Shown here: in pieces, positions 33,331-42,605 of the stretch
How positions within the stretch are numbered: position 1 is the first letter of the stretch
How the letters are laid out: each line of letters starts with the position of its first letter
NCBI GenBank assembly: GCA_015065065.1
Contig: SVQX01000001.1
Span: 30,698 to 94,697 of the forward strand
DNA: 64,000 nt
DNA from: Oscillospiraceae bacterium
GTDB taxonomy: Bacteria > Bacillota > Clostridia > Oscillospirales > CAG-272
Direction of reading: 5' to 3'
Notes under the pieces: model-generated
Told to the model about the DNA's origin: nothing
Seen by the model: only the letters and a program-made list of their open reading frames with translations
Databases searched by the model: none
Translations under genes and position numbers: made by a program

Positions 33331-34335
33331 TTATTCCCACTCTATCGTTCCCACGGGCTTCGGTGTCAAGTCAAAGAGAACGCGGTTAATGCCATCAACC
33401 TCGGCAGTAATGCGGGCGGTTATTTTATGCAGCACGGGATAAGGTATTTCCTCAACGGTGGCACTCATAGCGTCCGTTGTATTTACCGCGCGTATGATCG
33501 CAGGCCAGCCCTCGTAGCGGCTTCCGTCCTTCACACCAACGCTCTTGATATCCGGTACTACAATAAAGTACTGCCACACCTTGCCTGCGAGTCCGTTATT
33601 GTCAAACTCCTCTCGCAGTATCGCGTCAGCCTCACGCAGCGCGTGAAGGCGATCACGTGTGATAGCACCAAGGCAACGGACACCGAGTCCGGGTCCGGGG
33701 AACGGCTGGCGGTAAACCATTGCGTGAGGAAGTCCCAACGCCTCGCCCACAACTCTTACCTCGTCCTTATACAACAGCTTTATAGGCTCTACAAGCTCAA
33801 AATTCAAGTCCTCGGGAAGTCCGCCCACGTTGTGGTGCGATTTTACCGCTTTCTTGCCCTCTGCCTGCTTGATGCTTTCAAGAATATCAGGGTATATCGT
33901 TCCTTGCGCGAGGAATTCGATACCTTCAAGGCGGCGCGCCTCGTCCGCAAATACGTTGATAAACTCTGCGCCTATGATCTTTCGCTTCTTCTCGGGATCG
34001 GAAACACCCGCCAGAAGCTCCAAAAACCTATCGGTGGCGTCCACGTAAATAAGGTTTGCATCCATCTCACCGCGGAACAGCTTTACCACGTTTTCGGACT
34101 CGTCCTTACGCATCAATCCATGGTTGACGTGTACGCAAACCAGCTGCTTGCCTATTGCCTTGATAAGCAAGGCAGCAACCACCGAGGAATCCACGCCTCC
34201 CGACAGCGCCAAAAGCACCTTCCTATCTCCTACCTGCTCTCTGACGAGCTTGACCTGCTCATCTATAAAGCGATATGCAAGCTCCTTTGTATTGATACGT
34301 ACCATATTTTCGGGGCGTCTGTCAGAAAATTTCAT
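33331..34335 (-). CDS. guaA: GMP synthase ATP-pyrophosphatase/dimerisation module without a glutamine amidotransferase domain
   Basis: Start trimmed to the ATG at 34335 after ggagga. It has the PP-loop LSGGVDSSV and the canonical C-terminus PKPVGTIEWE. It is only 334 aa with no GATase domain. The tracked 5' extension overlaps ddh. Confidence 0.8.
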   Translation of the reverse strand: MKFSDRRPENMVRINTKELAYRFIDEQVKLVREQVGDRKVLLALSGGVDSSVVAALLIKAIGKQLVCVHVNHGLMRKDESENVVKLFRGEMDANLIYVDATDRFLELLAGVSDPEKKRKIIGAEFINVFADEARRLEGIEFLAQGTIYPDILESIKQAEGKKAVKSHHNVGGLPEDLNFELVEPIKLLYKDEVRVVGEALGLPHAMVYRQPFPGPGLGVRCLGAITRDRLHALREADAILREEFDNNGLAGKVWQYFIVVPDIKSVGVKDGSRYEGWPAIIRAVNTTDAMSATVEEIPYPVLHKITARITAEVDGINRVLFDLTPKPVGTIEWE

Positions 34336-34369
34336 AAAATTCCTCCGTATTATAAATTTAATTGCGCTG

Positions 34370-35353
34370 TCAAAGCAATTTGCGGCGAAGCTCGTCGGGG
34401 CTTTCGGGATGCAGATACGCGGGAGCGATATCAAGCACTGTCTTGCAGCCAACAGCTCCCTCGCCGTGCAGTCTTGCGGCTGCCCGTGCGTAAGCCACAA
34501 GCACGCTGGACGTAAATTCGGGGTTGGAATCCAGCGTCAGCTTGAATTCTATAACGTGTCCGTTTTCGCCGTCAAGTCCCGTCCGTCCGCTTCGTATGAC
34601 CGTGCCGCCGTGAGGTATGCCTGCGTGGTCACGCATAAGCTCCTCTTTTGATATAAAATGCACCGTGGTGTCATAGTCCGCAAAGTAATTTGGCATGGTC
34701 TTTATTTCATTTTCTATTCTTTTAAGGTCGGCACCCGCATCCGCCACGACGAAGCACTCGCGCGTGTGCTTTTCTCTTGTGGTAAGCATGGGGTTTTCTC
34801 CGTTTCGCACTCGCTCAAGCGCACCGGAAACGGGGATGGTGTACTGTCTTGCGTCAAGCACGCCGTCAATACGGCGTATCGCGTCCGAATGTCCCTGACT
34901 CACTCCCCGTCCCCAGAAGGTATAGTCGCTGCCGTCGGGCAGTATCGCTCCGCTCAGTGCGCGGTTAAGCGAAAACAGTCCGGGGTCCCATCCGACGGAA
35001 ATGACCGCCACGCGACCGCCGGCGCGCGCCGCCGCATCTACGTTTGCAAAATGCTCGGGGATGCGCGCGTGGGTATCAAAGCTGTCCACCACGTTGAAAT
35101 CTTTTGCCAACATTGGTGTTTGCACGGGAAGATCGTTGGCACTTCCGCCGCAAAGCACGAGGACATCAACATCGTTTTTCATATTCTCCATGGCTTCCAT
35201 TGAGTACACGGGAACACCCGTCAGAGTTTTCACACTTGACGGCTCGCGGCGTGTAAACACCGCCACAAGCTCCATATCCGCCGCGCGCTTCGCGGCACAT
35301 TCAACTCCACGACCGAGATTTCCGTATCCCACGATACCAAGTCTTATACTCAT
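34370..35353 (-). CDS. ddh: meso-diaminopimelate D-dehydrogenase
   Basis: 327 aa from MSIRLGIVGYGNLGRG. Length and blocks (CGGSANDLP, WDPGLFS, QGHSDA) fit Ddh. Confidence 0.85.
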   Translation of the reverse strand: MSIRLGIVGYGNLGRGVECAAKRAADMELVAVFTRREPSSVKTLTGVPVYSMEAMENMKNDVDVLVLCGGSANDLPVQTPMLAKDFNVVDSFDTHARIPEHFANVDAAARAGGRVAVISVGWDPGLFSLNRALSGAILPDGSDYTFWGRGVSQGHSDAIRRIDGVLDARQYTIPVSGALERVRNGENPMLTTREKHTRECFVVADAGADLKRIENEIKTMPNYFADYDTTVHFISKEELMRDHAGIPHGGTVIRSGRTGLDGENGHVIEFKLTLDSNPEFTSSVLVAYARAAARLHGEGAVGCKTVLDIAPAYLHPESPDELRRKLL

Positions 35354-35516
35354 AAGGCTCAAAGCACCCCTTTCTCCCGCTCGCGAAAAGCACGCGACAC
35401 GGTTACACTTTTTGATACTATATTTTAACAAATTTTTCCCGATTTTTCAATAGCTTAGCCGCAAAAAACTCTAACAAATTTTAACTTTTTTTATATTCGC
35501 AATTTGTTATAACCGC

Positions 35517-35545
35517 TTGACATCATTTTTCGTATGTGTTATAAT
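35517..35545 (+). promoter_or_regulatory. sigma-A promoter of the GH2 gene
   Basis: TTGACA (35517..35522), 17 nt, TGtTATAAT (-10 at 35540..35545). Confidence 0.6.
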
Positions 35546-35596
35546 TGACCCAACGGAAGTATTTTCGCATAAGCTACAACGAAAGGACACCGAAAA

Positions 35597-37924
35597 ATGA
35601 GAGAAAGCGTACTTTTTGACCATAATTGGCTATTTCACAAGGGAGATATAAACGTAGAATTCCCCACCGTCAAGGGTCCTACTTATATTATGGCAAAGAC
35701 CCAGCGCATGAAGATGGGTCCTGCCGCTATTGCATACAACGACAATCCCGACGATTTCCGCATGGACGACAAGGCAGAGATCGAGAGCGCACGTTGGGTG
35801 CGCGTCACGCTTCCCCACGACTATATGATAGCCTCCGAATTCAGGGAGGAAAACAACAACGCGCTTGGCTACGTTAAGTACGAAAACGCTTGGTACAGAA
35901 AGCATTTTACCATCCCCGCAGAGGATGAGGGACGACGCATTACCCTTCTCTTCGACGGCGTTGCAACTCACGCGACCGTATATCTCAACGGCTGTTTGAT
36001 GAAGCATAATTTCTGCGGATACACCTCCTTTGAGGTGGACATTACCGACGTCGTAAAATACGGTGCCGACAACGTGCTTGCCGTTTACGTCAAGACCACC
36101 GAGGGTCACGAGGGCTGGTGGTACGAGGGCGGAGGCATCTACCGCCACGTTCACCTCACCAAGACCTCCCCCGTTTGCGTTGATCTGTGGGGCGTTTACG
36201 CCGCACCGAAAAAGTTCGGCGGCGCTTGGAGAGTTGATTTCGAAACCACTATCCTTAACGAAACCTATGAAAATAAAAGGGTCAGCGTGACTACCCGCGT
36301 GGTAGGCGCTGACGGAATATCTGTCGGCGAGGCATCCGCCGAGGGCGACGTCGAATTGAAGGGCAAGGGTGTGTTTAAATATTCCGCCCCCGTTACCGAC
36401 CCGCGCTTGTGGGATATTGATTCCCCCAATCTTTACACGGTAGTCACCGACGTATATGCTGACGGTGAGCTTTGCGACACCTACACCACCCGTTGCGGCT
36501 TCCGCGAGGTGGTAATGGACCCCGACGAGGGACTTTTCCTCAACGGACGTCACGTCAAAATAAACGGCGTTTGCGCTCATCAGGGCTTTGGTATAACAGG
36601 CAAGGCCGTGCCCGATAATATCCTTCGCTATCAAGTAAAATTGATGAAGGAAATGGGTGCTAACGGCTTCCGTTGCAGCCACTATCCTCACCCCGAAGCG
36701 ACTATGGACGCTTTAGACGAGATGGGCTTCCTTGTTATGGACGAAACACGCTGGTTTGAGTCCACCGACGAGGGCAAGGCACAGCTTGAAATGGTAATGA
36801 AGCGCGACCGTAACCGTCCCTCCGTTATATTCTGGTCGGTCGGAAACGAAGAGCCGCACCACGCGACTCCCGAGGGGCGCAGAATTGCCAAAACCCTTAT
36901 GGCGCTTGCGCATAAGCTGGATGATACCCGCTGCATTATGACCGCCGTTGACCACCCCGAGCGCTGCACCGTCTACGACGAGCTGGAGGCGGTTGGAGTC
37001 AACTACAACACGCAAAATTACGAGCAATTCCATAACGCATATCCCGACAAGCCCTTTTTCTCCTCCGAGTGTTCGGCTACGGGTACGACAAGAGGCTGGT
37101 ATCTTGACGACTCTCCCATCCGCGGCAGAGCAAGCGCTTACGACCATGACAGCAACGCTTATTTCGTCAGCCGCGAGAAAACTTACAAGCTGATGGACAA
37201 AAAGTGGTGCATGGGAAGCTACCAATGGGCGGCTATCGAGCATCGCGGAGAGTGCATATGGCCGCGGCTCTGCTCACTCAGCGGCGCTATTGATCTGTTC
37301 CTGCAAAAGAAGGATGCGTTCTATCAGAATCAGTCCTTCTGGCTTGAAACGCCGATGGTGCATCTGCTCCCGCATTGGAATTGGCGCGGCTTTGAGGGCG
37401 AGGATATAAAGATATTCGTTTACTCCAACTGCGACGAGGTCGCGCTTATCCTTAACGGAAATGAGCTGGGCAGACAGAAGGTTGAAAAATACACTCACCT
37501 TGAATGGACCGTTCAGTATGAAGCAGGAAAGCTGGAGGCTGTCGGCTACCGCGACGGCAAGGAGGTCTGCCGCGACGTGCGCGAGACCTCGGGCGCGCCC
37601 TGCCGTCTGCGTCTGAAGCTTGACAACGATATGCCCTCCGCGTCAGGTCGTGATATGGCTATTGTTACCTGCTGGGTGGAGGACGAAAACGGACGCCCTG
37701 TTCCCGACGCATCCCCCTTCGTGCATTTCGATGCTTGCGGAACGGGACGCATTTGCGGCACAGGCTCGGACAACGCCGACCACAACCCCGTAAGCCTCCC
37801 CGACAGACAGATGTACGCGGGACTTGTCACCGCCGCCGTAGCCATTCACGGCGCAGGCAAGGCAAAGATAATTGCCACCGCCGACGGACTCCTGCCCGCG
37901 GTGCTGAAGCTGGATATTGAATGA
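35597..37924 (+). CDS. glycoside hydrolase family 2 (beta-galactosidase/beta-glucuronidase-like)
   Basis: 775 aa with the blocks WLFHKGD, DGVATHATVYLNG, RCSHYPH, WSVGNEE and SECSATG typical of GH2. Confidence 0.85.
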   Translation: MRESVLFDHNWLFHKGDINVEFPTVKGPTYIMAKTQRMKMGPAAIAYNDNPDDFRMDDKAEIESARWVRVTLPHDYMIASEFREENNNALGYVKYENAWYRKHFTIPAEDEGRRITLLFDGVATHATVYLNGCLMKHNFCGYTSFEVDITDVVKYGADNVLAVYVKTTEGHEGWWYEGGGIYRHVHLTKTSPVCVDLWGVYAAPKKFGGAWRVDFETTILNETYENKRVSVTTRVVGADGISVGEASAEGDVELKGKGVFKYSAPVTDPRLWDIDSPNLYTVVTDVYADGELCDTYTTRCGFREVVMDPDEGLFLNGRHVKINGVCAHQGFGITGKAVPDNILRYQVKLMKEMGANGFRCSHYPHPEATMDALDEMGFLVMDETRWFESTDEGKAQLEMVMKRDRNRPSVIFWSVGNEEPHHATPEGRRIAKTLMALAHKLDDTRCIMTAVDHPERCTVYDELEAVGVNYNTQNYEQFHNAYPDKPFFSSECSATGTTRGWYLDDSPIRGRASAYDHDSNAYFVSREKTYKLMDKKWCMGSYQWAAIEHRGECIWPRLCSLSGAIDLFLQKKDAFYQNQSFWLETPMVHLLPHWNWRGFEGEDIKIFVYSNCDEVALILNGNELGRQKVEKYTHLEWTVQYEAGKLEAVGYRDGKEVCRDVRETSGAPCRLRLKLDNDMPSASGRDMAIVTCWVEDENGRPVPDASPFVHFDACGTGRICGTGSDNADHNPVSLPDRQMYAGLVTAAVAIHGAGKAKIIATADGLLPAVLKLDIE

Positions 37925-38202
37925 TATAAATGATACGGGGACTTCACCCCGCGCATCATAAAATAAATATTCCCCCGTAAACGGGTTTCGCTATAAGCCC
38001 TCCTCCGGGAGGAGGGGATGCGACGCTTTAGCGGCGCGGGGAGGAGCCTGCGCGCCAAAGAGATTTTAATCTTTTTTCGTTTCGCGTTCTCCCTCAGTCT
38101 TTTGCTTCGCAAAATCCAGCTTCCTCCCGGAGGTAGCCTTTCACAATACATATCCTATCTCTATCCCTTGTTTGCTTTTTTCTCACCGGTTAGCCTTTTT
38201 TG

Positions 38203-38232
38203 AACCCCGCCACTATGGCGGGGTTTTCGTCT
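38203..38232 (+). terminator. plus-strand terminator, probable distal end of the GH2 transcript
   Basis: aaccccgcca-cta-tggcggggtt followed by ttcgtctt. It lies 280 nt beyond the GH2 stop. Confidence 0.5.
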
Positions 38233-38242
38233 TACAAAAAAT

Positions 38243-38433
38243 CACCTCATCCACCGCTAACGCGGTCCCCCTTCCCCCACTGGGGAAGGCTTAATGTAGC
38301 GATTACCGCACGGTTATTTTTCATCCAAGTGCAGATATATGCGGGGGATTTCTGCAAACGCCGCGCATTGAATTATCCCCAAGCCTTCTCCAGTGGGAGA
38401 AGGTGGCGCGGCGAAGCCGTGACGGATGAGGTG
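38243..38433. repeat. inverted pair of ~50-bp palindromic repeat units
   Basis: The arms are 38243..38292 and 38381..38433. They share cacctcatcc and ccttc(c/t)cccactgg(g/a)gaaggctt. Each arm holds its own hairpin (ccttcccc/ggggaagg). Confidence 0.75.
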
Positions 38434-38529
38434 TTTTTCCATGATGTAAAATGCACTTATTCTCATCACGGATTATTGATGATTTCTGCGGTATTCCGGG
38501 AGGGCAAATCCTCCCCTACTAAAAACAAA

Positions 38530-38596
38530 GCTTTCCGCCGAGGCGGAAAGCCTTATTCATCAAAAATGGCGTGCGGAAATCCCGCACGCCATTTTT
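38530..38596 (-). terminator. two tandem terminators of the isomerase gene
   Basis: aaaaatggcgtgcgg/ccgcacgccattttt (38562..38596, bidirectional) and gctttccgcc/ggcggaaagc followed by tttgttttt (38530..38551). Confidence 0.7.
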
Positions 38597-38602
38597 ATTT
38601 CC

Positions 38603-39571
38603 TCACGCCCAACTCATAGTTCCGGGCTTCGGCTCGTCAATAACAATATCCTTAAGGAATTCGACCGCCTTTCGCAGACCCTCGTCGATGGTCATAAGGC
38701 TGTCCTCATGCTCAATGGAAAGCACGCGATCATACCCGCACAGGCGAAGGTTGGAAACCATATCTCTCCAATAGGACTCGCCGTTGCCGTAGCCAACGGT
38801 ACGGAATATCCAAGAACGGTTGATCTCATCGCCGTAATGCTTGGTATCCAGCACGCCGTTCTTCGCGGTATTGTAGGTGTCGATCTTCGTATCCTTCGCG
38901 TGGACGTGGTAGATAGCGCCCTTCAACTCACGGATAGCAGCAACGGGATCCATTCCCTGCCATATAAGGTGGGATGGGTCGAAGTTCGCGCCGATAACGT
39001 CACCCACTGCCGAGCGTAGACGAAGCAGAGTTTCGGGATTGTAAACGCAAAATCCCGGGTGCATCTCAAAAGCAATATGGGGTACGTTGTGCGCGAGAGC
39101 AAACGCGCCTGCTTCCTTCCAATAAGGAATCAGCTTTTCGTTCCACTGCCAATCAAGTATTTTGAGGAAATCCTCCGGCCACGGGCAGGTTACCCAGTTG
39201 GGATACTTGGAATTTTCGCTGTCGCCCGGGCATCCCGAGAAGGTGATGACGGTATCAACGCCCATCTTTTCCGCAAGCAACACAGCATTTCTGAAATCCT
39301 CGTCAAACTGCGCCGCAATTTTGGTGTCGGGGTGAAGCGCGTTACCGTGCGCCGCCAAAGCGCAAACCGTCATATCGTACTTTTCGAGAGTTGCAATAAA
39401 CTCATCATACTTTGCATCATCCGCCAACAGCTCCGCAGGATTGCAGTGAGCCTTGCCGGGATATCCGCCCGCTCCAAGCTCTACCGTGTGAACACCAAGC
39501 GACGAAAGTATCGACATCGCCTCGTCAAGAGATTTTGCACCGTAAAGATTCGCCAAAACACTTATCTTCAT
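38603..39571 (-). CDS. sugar phosphate isomerase/epimerase (xylose-isomerase-like TIM barrel)
   Basis: 322 aa. Blocks VELGAGGYPG, HIAFEMHPG and LSIEHED are typical of the AP_endonuc_2 fold. Confidence 0.8.
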   Translation of the reverse strand: MKISVLANLYGAKSLDEAMSILSSLGVHTVELGAGGYPGKAHCNPAELLADDAKYDEFIATLEKYDMTVCALAAHGNALHPDTKIAAQFDEDFRNAVLLAEKMGVDTVITFSGCPGDSENSKYPNWVTCPWPEDFLKILDWQWNEKLIPYWKEAGAFALAHNVPHIAFEMHPGFCVYNPETLLRLRSAVGDVIGANFDPSHLIWQGMDPVAAIRELKGAIYHVHAKDTKIDTYNTAKNGVLDTKHYGDEINRSWIFRTVGYGNGESYWRDMVSNLRLCGYDRVLSIEHEDSLMTIDEGLRKAVEFLKDIVIDEPKPGTMSWA

Positions 39572-39708
39572 ATTTTTTCTCCTTTGTTATTGTATATGGG
39601 GCTCTGCCCCAAGCCCCGCAAACTTTCTTGAAAGAAAGATTTGATTCAAAGAACTTTGCTGCAAATTATTTTTTATTTAGATTTGTTTCGTATGATGACA
39701 ACAAAATC

Positions 39709-39883
39709 CATCTCTATATCCCCCGTGGGTCCCTCTCCCACTGCGATATTTATTATTCATTCTTTTTTCATTATTCTTTATTCTTTTTGCCTCACCATAG
39801 CTCTACGATATTTTGGACCGCCGAGGACGTCGGTCCCTACAACTACTGAACATTTTCAATTTTCCATTTTCCATTTTCAATTG
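39709..39883 (-). repeat. 3'-proximal repeat module (GAAAAT heptads plus conserved 44-nt unit), copy 1
   Basis: On the minus strand, 17 nt after the oxidoreductase stop: ttgaaaatggaaaatggaaaattgaaaat (39852..39883), then a ~99-nt insert. The insert is followed by taaatatcgcagtgggagagggacccacgggggatatagagatg (39709..39752). A second copy lies at 63929..63996. Confidence 0.75.
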
Positions 39884-39900
39884 AACTCCCCCATAGAACT

Positions 39901-40989
39901 TCAATCAAACCTATACACATCTCCCGTTTGCGACGAAATATATATTCCCTCCAGAATGCGCGTGACGGTATACGCCTGCTCGGGGGACACGCAGGGCTGA
40001 CGGTCGTTGATGATAGCATCTACCCATTGCGCCGCCTCCAGCGTTCCCATGTCGTTTGCCTTAGCGCCGTCGTAGAACGCCGCGCCTGCCGCGCTGAAAT
40101 TAGGCTTCATTGTATATTGCAGATTTTGCCTTATTCCGTTGATACGCAAGCCGTCGTTCATATCAGCGCCCGCCTTCGTGCCGCAGATGGACGTGACCGC
40201 CTCGCGGACGTCAAGGGTATTGAGCGCCCATGCCGATTCCAGCATGATGACCGCGCCATTTTCCATTACGATCATACCGAATGCGCTGTCCTCCACTGTA
40301 AACTTGTCAGGGTCCCAGTTACCCCATGCGTTGCCCTGCTCGGTATCCTTATTAAGCTTGTGGAACGCCTTACCTATGCAATATTTGGGCTTATAGTTAT
40401 CCATCATCCACAGAGTCAGGTCAAGCGCGTGAGTGCCGATATCGATAAGCGGTCCGCCACCCTGCTCCTCCTCATTGAGGAACACGCCCCACGTAGGCAC
40501 TGCGCGGCGACGGATAGCCGTTGCCTTGGCATAATAGATATCGCCAAACGTACCCGCGAGGCACTCATTTTTCATATATATAGCATCCGCTCTCTGACGG
40601 CTCTGGTAGCCGATGGTCAGCTTTTTGCCCGTACGCTTTGCCGCGTCAAGCATTTTCTTGGCTTCCGCCGAATTTATCGCCATGGGCTTTTCACACATAA
40701 CGTGCTTGCCCGCCTCCAGCGCGTCCACGGTGATAAAGCTGTGCGACCGATTAGGGGTACAGACGTGTACGGCGTCAATGCTCCCGTCCTTCAAAAGCTC
40801 CTTATAGTCCACATATGTCTTGGCATCAGCCGAGCCGTATGCCGCTCTCGCTTTTTCGGCGCGCTCGGGAATAATATCGCAAAACGCGACTATTTCCACG
40901 TTATCAAGATTTTTCAGCGCGGGAAGATGCTTGCCGTTTGCGATGCCTCCGCAACCGATAATGCCTATTTTCAATTTTACGTTTTCCAT
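39901..40989 (-). CDS. Gfo/Idh/MocA-family oxidoreductase
   Basis: 362 aa with an N-terminal Rossmann motif (KIGIIGCGGIANGKH) and an EKP motif (VMCEKPMA). Confidence 0.85.
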   Translation of the reverse strand: MENVKLKIGIIGCGGIANGKHLPALKNLDNVEIVAFCDIIPERAEKARAAYGSADAKTYVDYKELLKDGSIDAVHVCTPNRSHSFITVDALEAGKHVMCEKPMAINSAEAKKMLDAAKRTGKKLTIGYQSRQRADAIYMKNECLAGTFGDIYYAKATAIRRRAVPTWGVFLNEEEQGGGPLIDIGTHALDLTLWMMDNYKPKYCIGKAFHKLNKDTEQGNAWGNWDPDKFTVEDSAFGMIVMENGAVIMLESAWALNTLDVREAVTSICGTKAGADMNDGLRINGIRQNLQYTMKPNFSAAGAAFYDGAKANDMGTLEAAQWVDAIINDRQPCVSPEQAYTVTRILEGIYISSQTGDVYRFD

Positions 40990-41033
40990 ATTCTATCCTT
41001 TCCCAGATCAAAGCGTTTATATGCAATTATGAT

Positions 41034-41068
41034 AACATAAAAGCCGAGGAATGTCAACCCCTCGGCTT
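41034..41068 (-). terminator. terminator of aspartokinase, overlapping the next promoter
   Basis: aagccgagg/cctcggctt followed on the minus strand by ttatgtt. The loop contains TTGACA, which lies 17 nt from TATCAT and could serve the oxidoreductase gene. Confidence 0.55.
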
Positions 41069-41085
41069 CTATATAAAATTATAAA

Positions 41086-42411
41086 TCAGTGTACGAATTC
41101 TCCGTATATCGCGCGGATAGAATCCTCGTACTCCGCCTCGTCGACACCGACTACGATATTCAGCTCCGACGAGCCCTGGTCGATCATACGGATATTGATG
41201 CCCGCGTTGGCAAGCGAGTCACAGACACGCGCCGCAGTTCCCTTTGCCTTGACCATACCGCGTCCTACGACGGCGATAAGTGCAAGACCGTCCTCGATGA
41301 ACACGCTGTCGGGACGAAGATCGCGGGAGATAGTCTGAAGCAGCTTATCTCTCTTTTCCTCAATGAGAGCTGTTCCGACAACAACACTCATAGTGTCGAT
41401 ACCCGAGGGCAGATGCTCAAAGGGCAGCTCGTTATCCTCAAAGATTTCAAGCAGCTTTCTGCCAAAGCCCACCTCCGAGTTCATCATATCCTTTTCGATA
41501 GTGATAACCGAGAATCCCTTCTTGCCTGCGATACCCGTTATTATCTTTTCGGTATCGTAGCCGTTTGAGCGTGAAACTATCCACGTTCCCTCGTCGTCGG
41601 GACGGTTGGTATTACGGATATTGATAGGAATACCTGCTCCGCGCACGGGGAAAACAGCGTCCTCGTGAAGCACCGTCGCACCCATGTAGGACAGCTCGCG
41701 AAGCTCACGGTAGGTTATCTCCTGAATGATACAGGGATTCTCAACCAAACGGGGATCAGCCATCATAAAGCCGGAAACGTCCGTCCAGTTCTCGTAAATC
41801 GTCGCCTTTGCCGCGCGGGCAACGATGGAGCCGGTAATATCCGAGCCTCCGCGCGAAAAGGTCTTGATAGTTCCGTTGGGCATTACGCCGTAAAATCCGG
41901 GAATTACTGCGTATTCATGCTTTGCAAGCTCCTCGGCAACCGCGGCATTAGTCTTTTCCTCATCAAAGGTTCCGTTGTCGCGGAAGTAGATAACGCTCTC
42001 AGCGTCGATAAACGCAAAGCCGAGATATTTTGCAAGAATAAGACCGTTGAGATATTCTCCGCGGCTTGCGGCATAGTCGCGTCCCGAGGAGTGGAGCATA
42101 GCGTTCTTGACGTACTCCAGCTCGCCCGAAATATCAAAGTTGAGCCCAAGCTCCTTTATGATCCCGTTATATCTCTCACAAATTTTTTCGTAAGCCTCGT
42201 CGATAACCTCTCTCGGCTCTCTCGCCTTGATAAGCTCGTAGCAGCCGTAAAGCATATCCGTGACCTTGGTATCCTCCTTGGAGCGCTTACCGGGTGCGGA
42301 GGGGACTACGTATTTTCTGCTCATATCCGATTTGACGATACGGGCGACCTGTTTGAAATGCTCGGCGTCGGCAAGGGATGAACCGCCGAATTTAACTACC
42401 TTTACTTGCAT
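41086..42411 (-). CDS. aspartate kinase
   Basis: Start trimmed to MQVKVVKFGGSSLAD after aaggag. It has C-terminal ACT domains. 441 aa. Confidence 0.9.
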   Translation of the reverse strand: MQVKVVKFGGSSLADAEHFKQVARIVKSDMSRKYVVPSAPGKRSKEDTKVTDMLYGCYELIKAREPREVIDEAYEKICERYNGIIKELGLNFDISGELEYVKNAMLHSSGRDYAASRGEYLNGLILAKYLGFAFIDAESVIYFRDNGTFDEEKTNAAVAEELAKHEYAVIPGFYGVMPNGTIKTFSRGGSDITGSIVARAAKATIYENWTDVSGFMMADPRLVENPCIIQEITYRELRELSYMGATVLHEDAVFPVRGAGIPINIRNTNRPDDEGTWIVSRSNGYDTEKIITGIAGKKGFSVITIEKDMMNSEVGFGRKLLEIFEDNELPFEHLPSGIDTMSVVVGTALIEEKRDKLLQTISRDLRPDSVFIEDGLALIAVVGRGMVKAKGTAARVCDSLANAGINIRMIDQGSSELNIVVGVDEAEYEDSIRAIYGEFVH

Positions 42412-42465
42412 GGAATTACTCCTTAGATTTCGTCTGATTTGGGCATACTGCCCCACAATGCTAAT

Positions 42466-42494
42466 ATTATATGAAATTTTTTACCGCTTGTCAA
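42466..42494 (-). promoter_or_regulatory. sigma-A promoter of aspartokinase
   Basis: On the minus strand: TTGACA (42489..42494), 17 nt, TATAAT (42466..42471). The -35 lies inside the palindrome ccgcttg-t-caagcgg (42484..42498). The leader is short and no riboswitch was recognised. Confidence 0.6.
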
Positions 42495-42605
42495 GCGGAT
42501 TTCGGGGATTTTTGCGCTCGCCGCCAAATTTTGTACGACGGCACATCAAAACGGTATTTTGTCAAAAAATCATTGTGCAATTTTACCGCTTTACCTTGCT
42601 AAAAT

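Noticed and set aside
33427-36691. Long ORFs 33427..34515 (+), 34658..35203 (+) and 35630..36691 (-)
   Set aside because: They are antisense to the guaA module, ddh and the GH2 gene respectively, all of which carry diagnostic motifs.
38018-40000. Tracked ORFs in the two long spacers (38018..38203, 38200..38619, 39059..39631, 39412..39849, 39641..40000)
   Set aside because: They are built from palindromic repeat units or are antisense to the isomerase gene. They have no RBS, and their translations are repeat-derived (Pro/Arg/Gly/Ser-rich).
39928-41040. 370-aa plus-strand ORF
   Set aside because: It is antisense to the Gfo/Idh/MocA oxidoreductase gene, which has the Rossmann and EKP motifs. 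The translation is Arg/His-rich junk.
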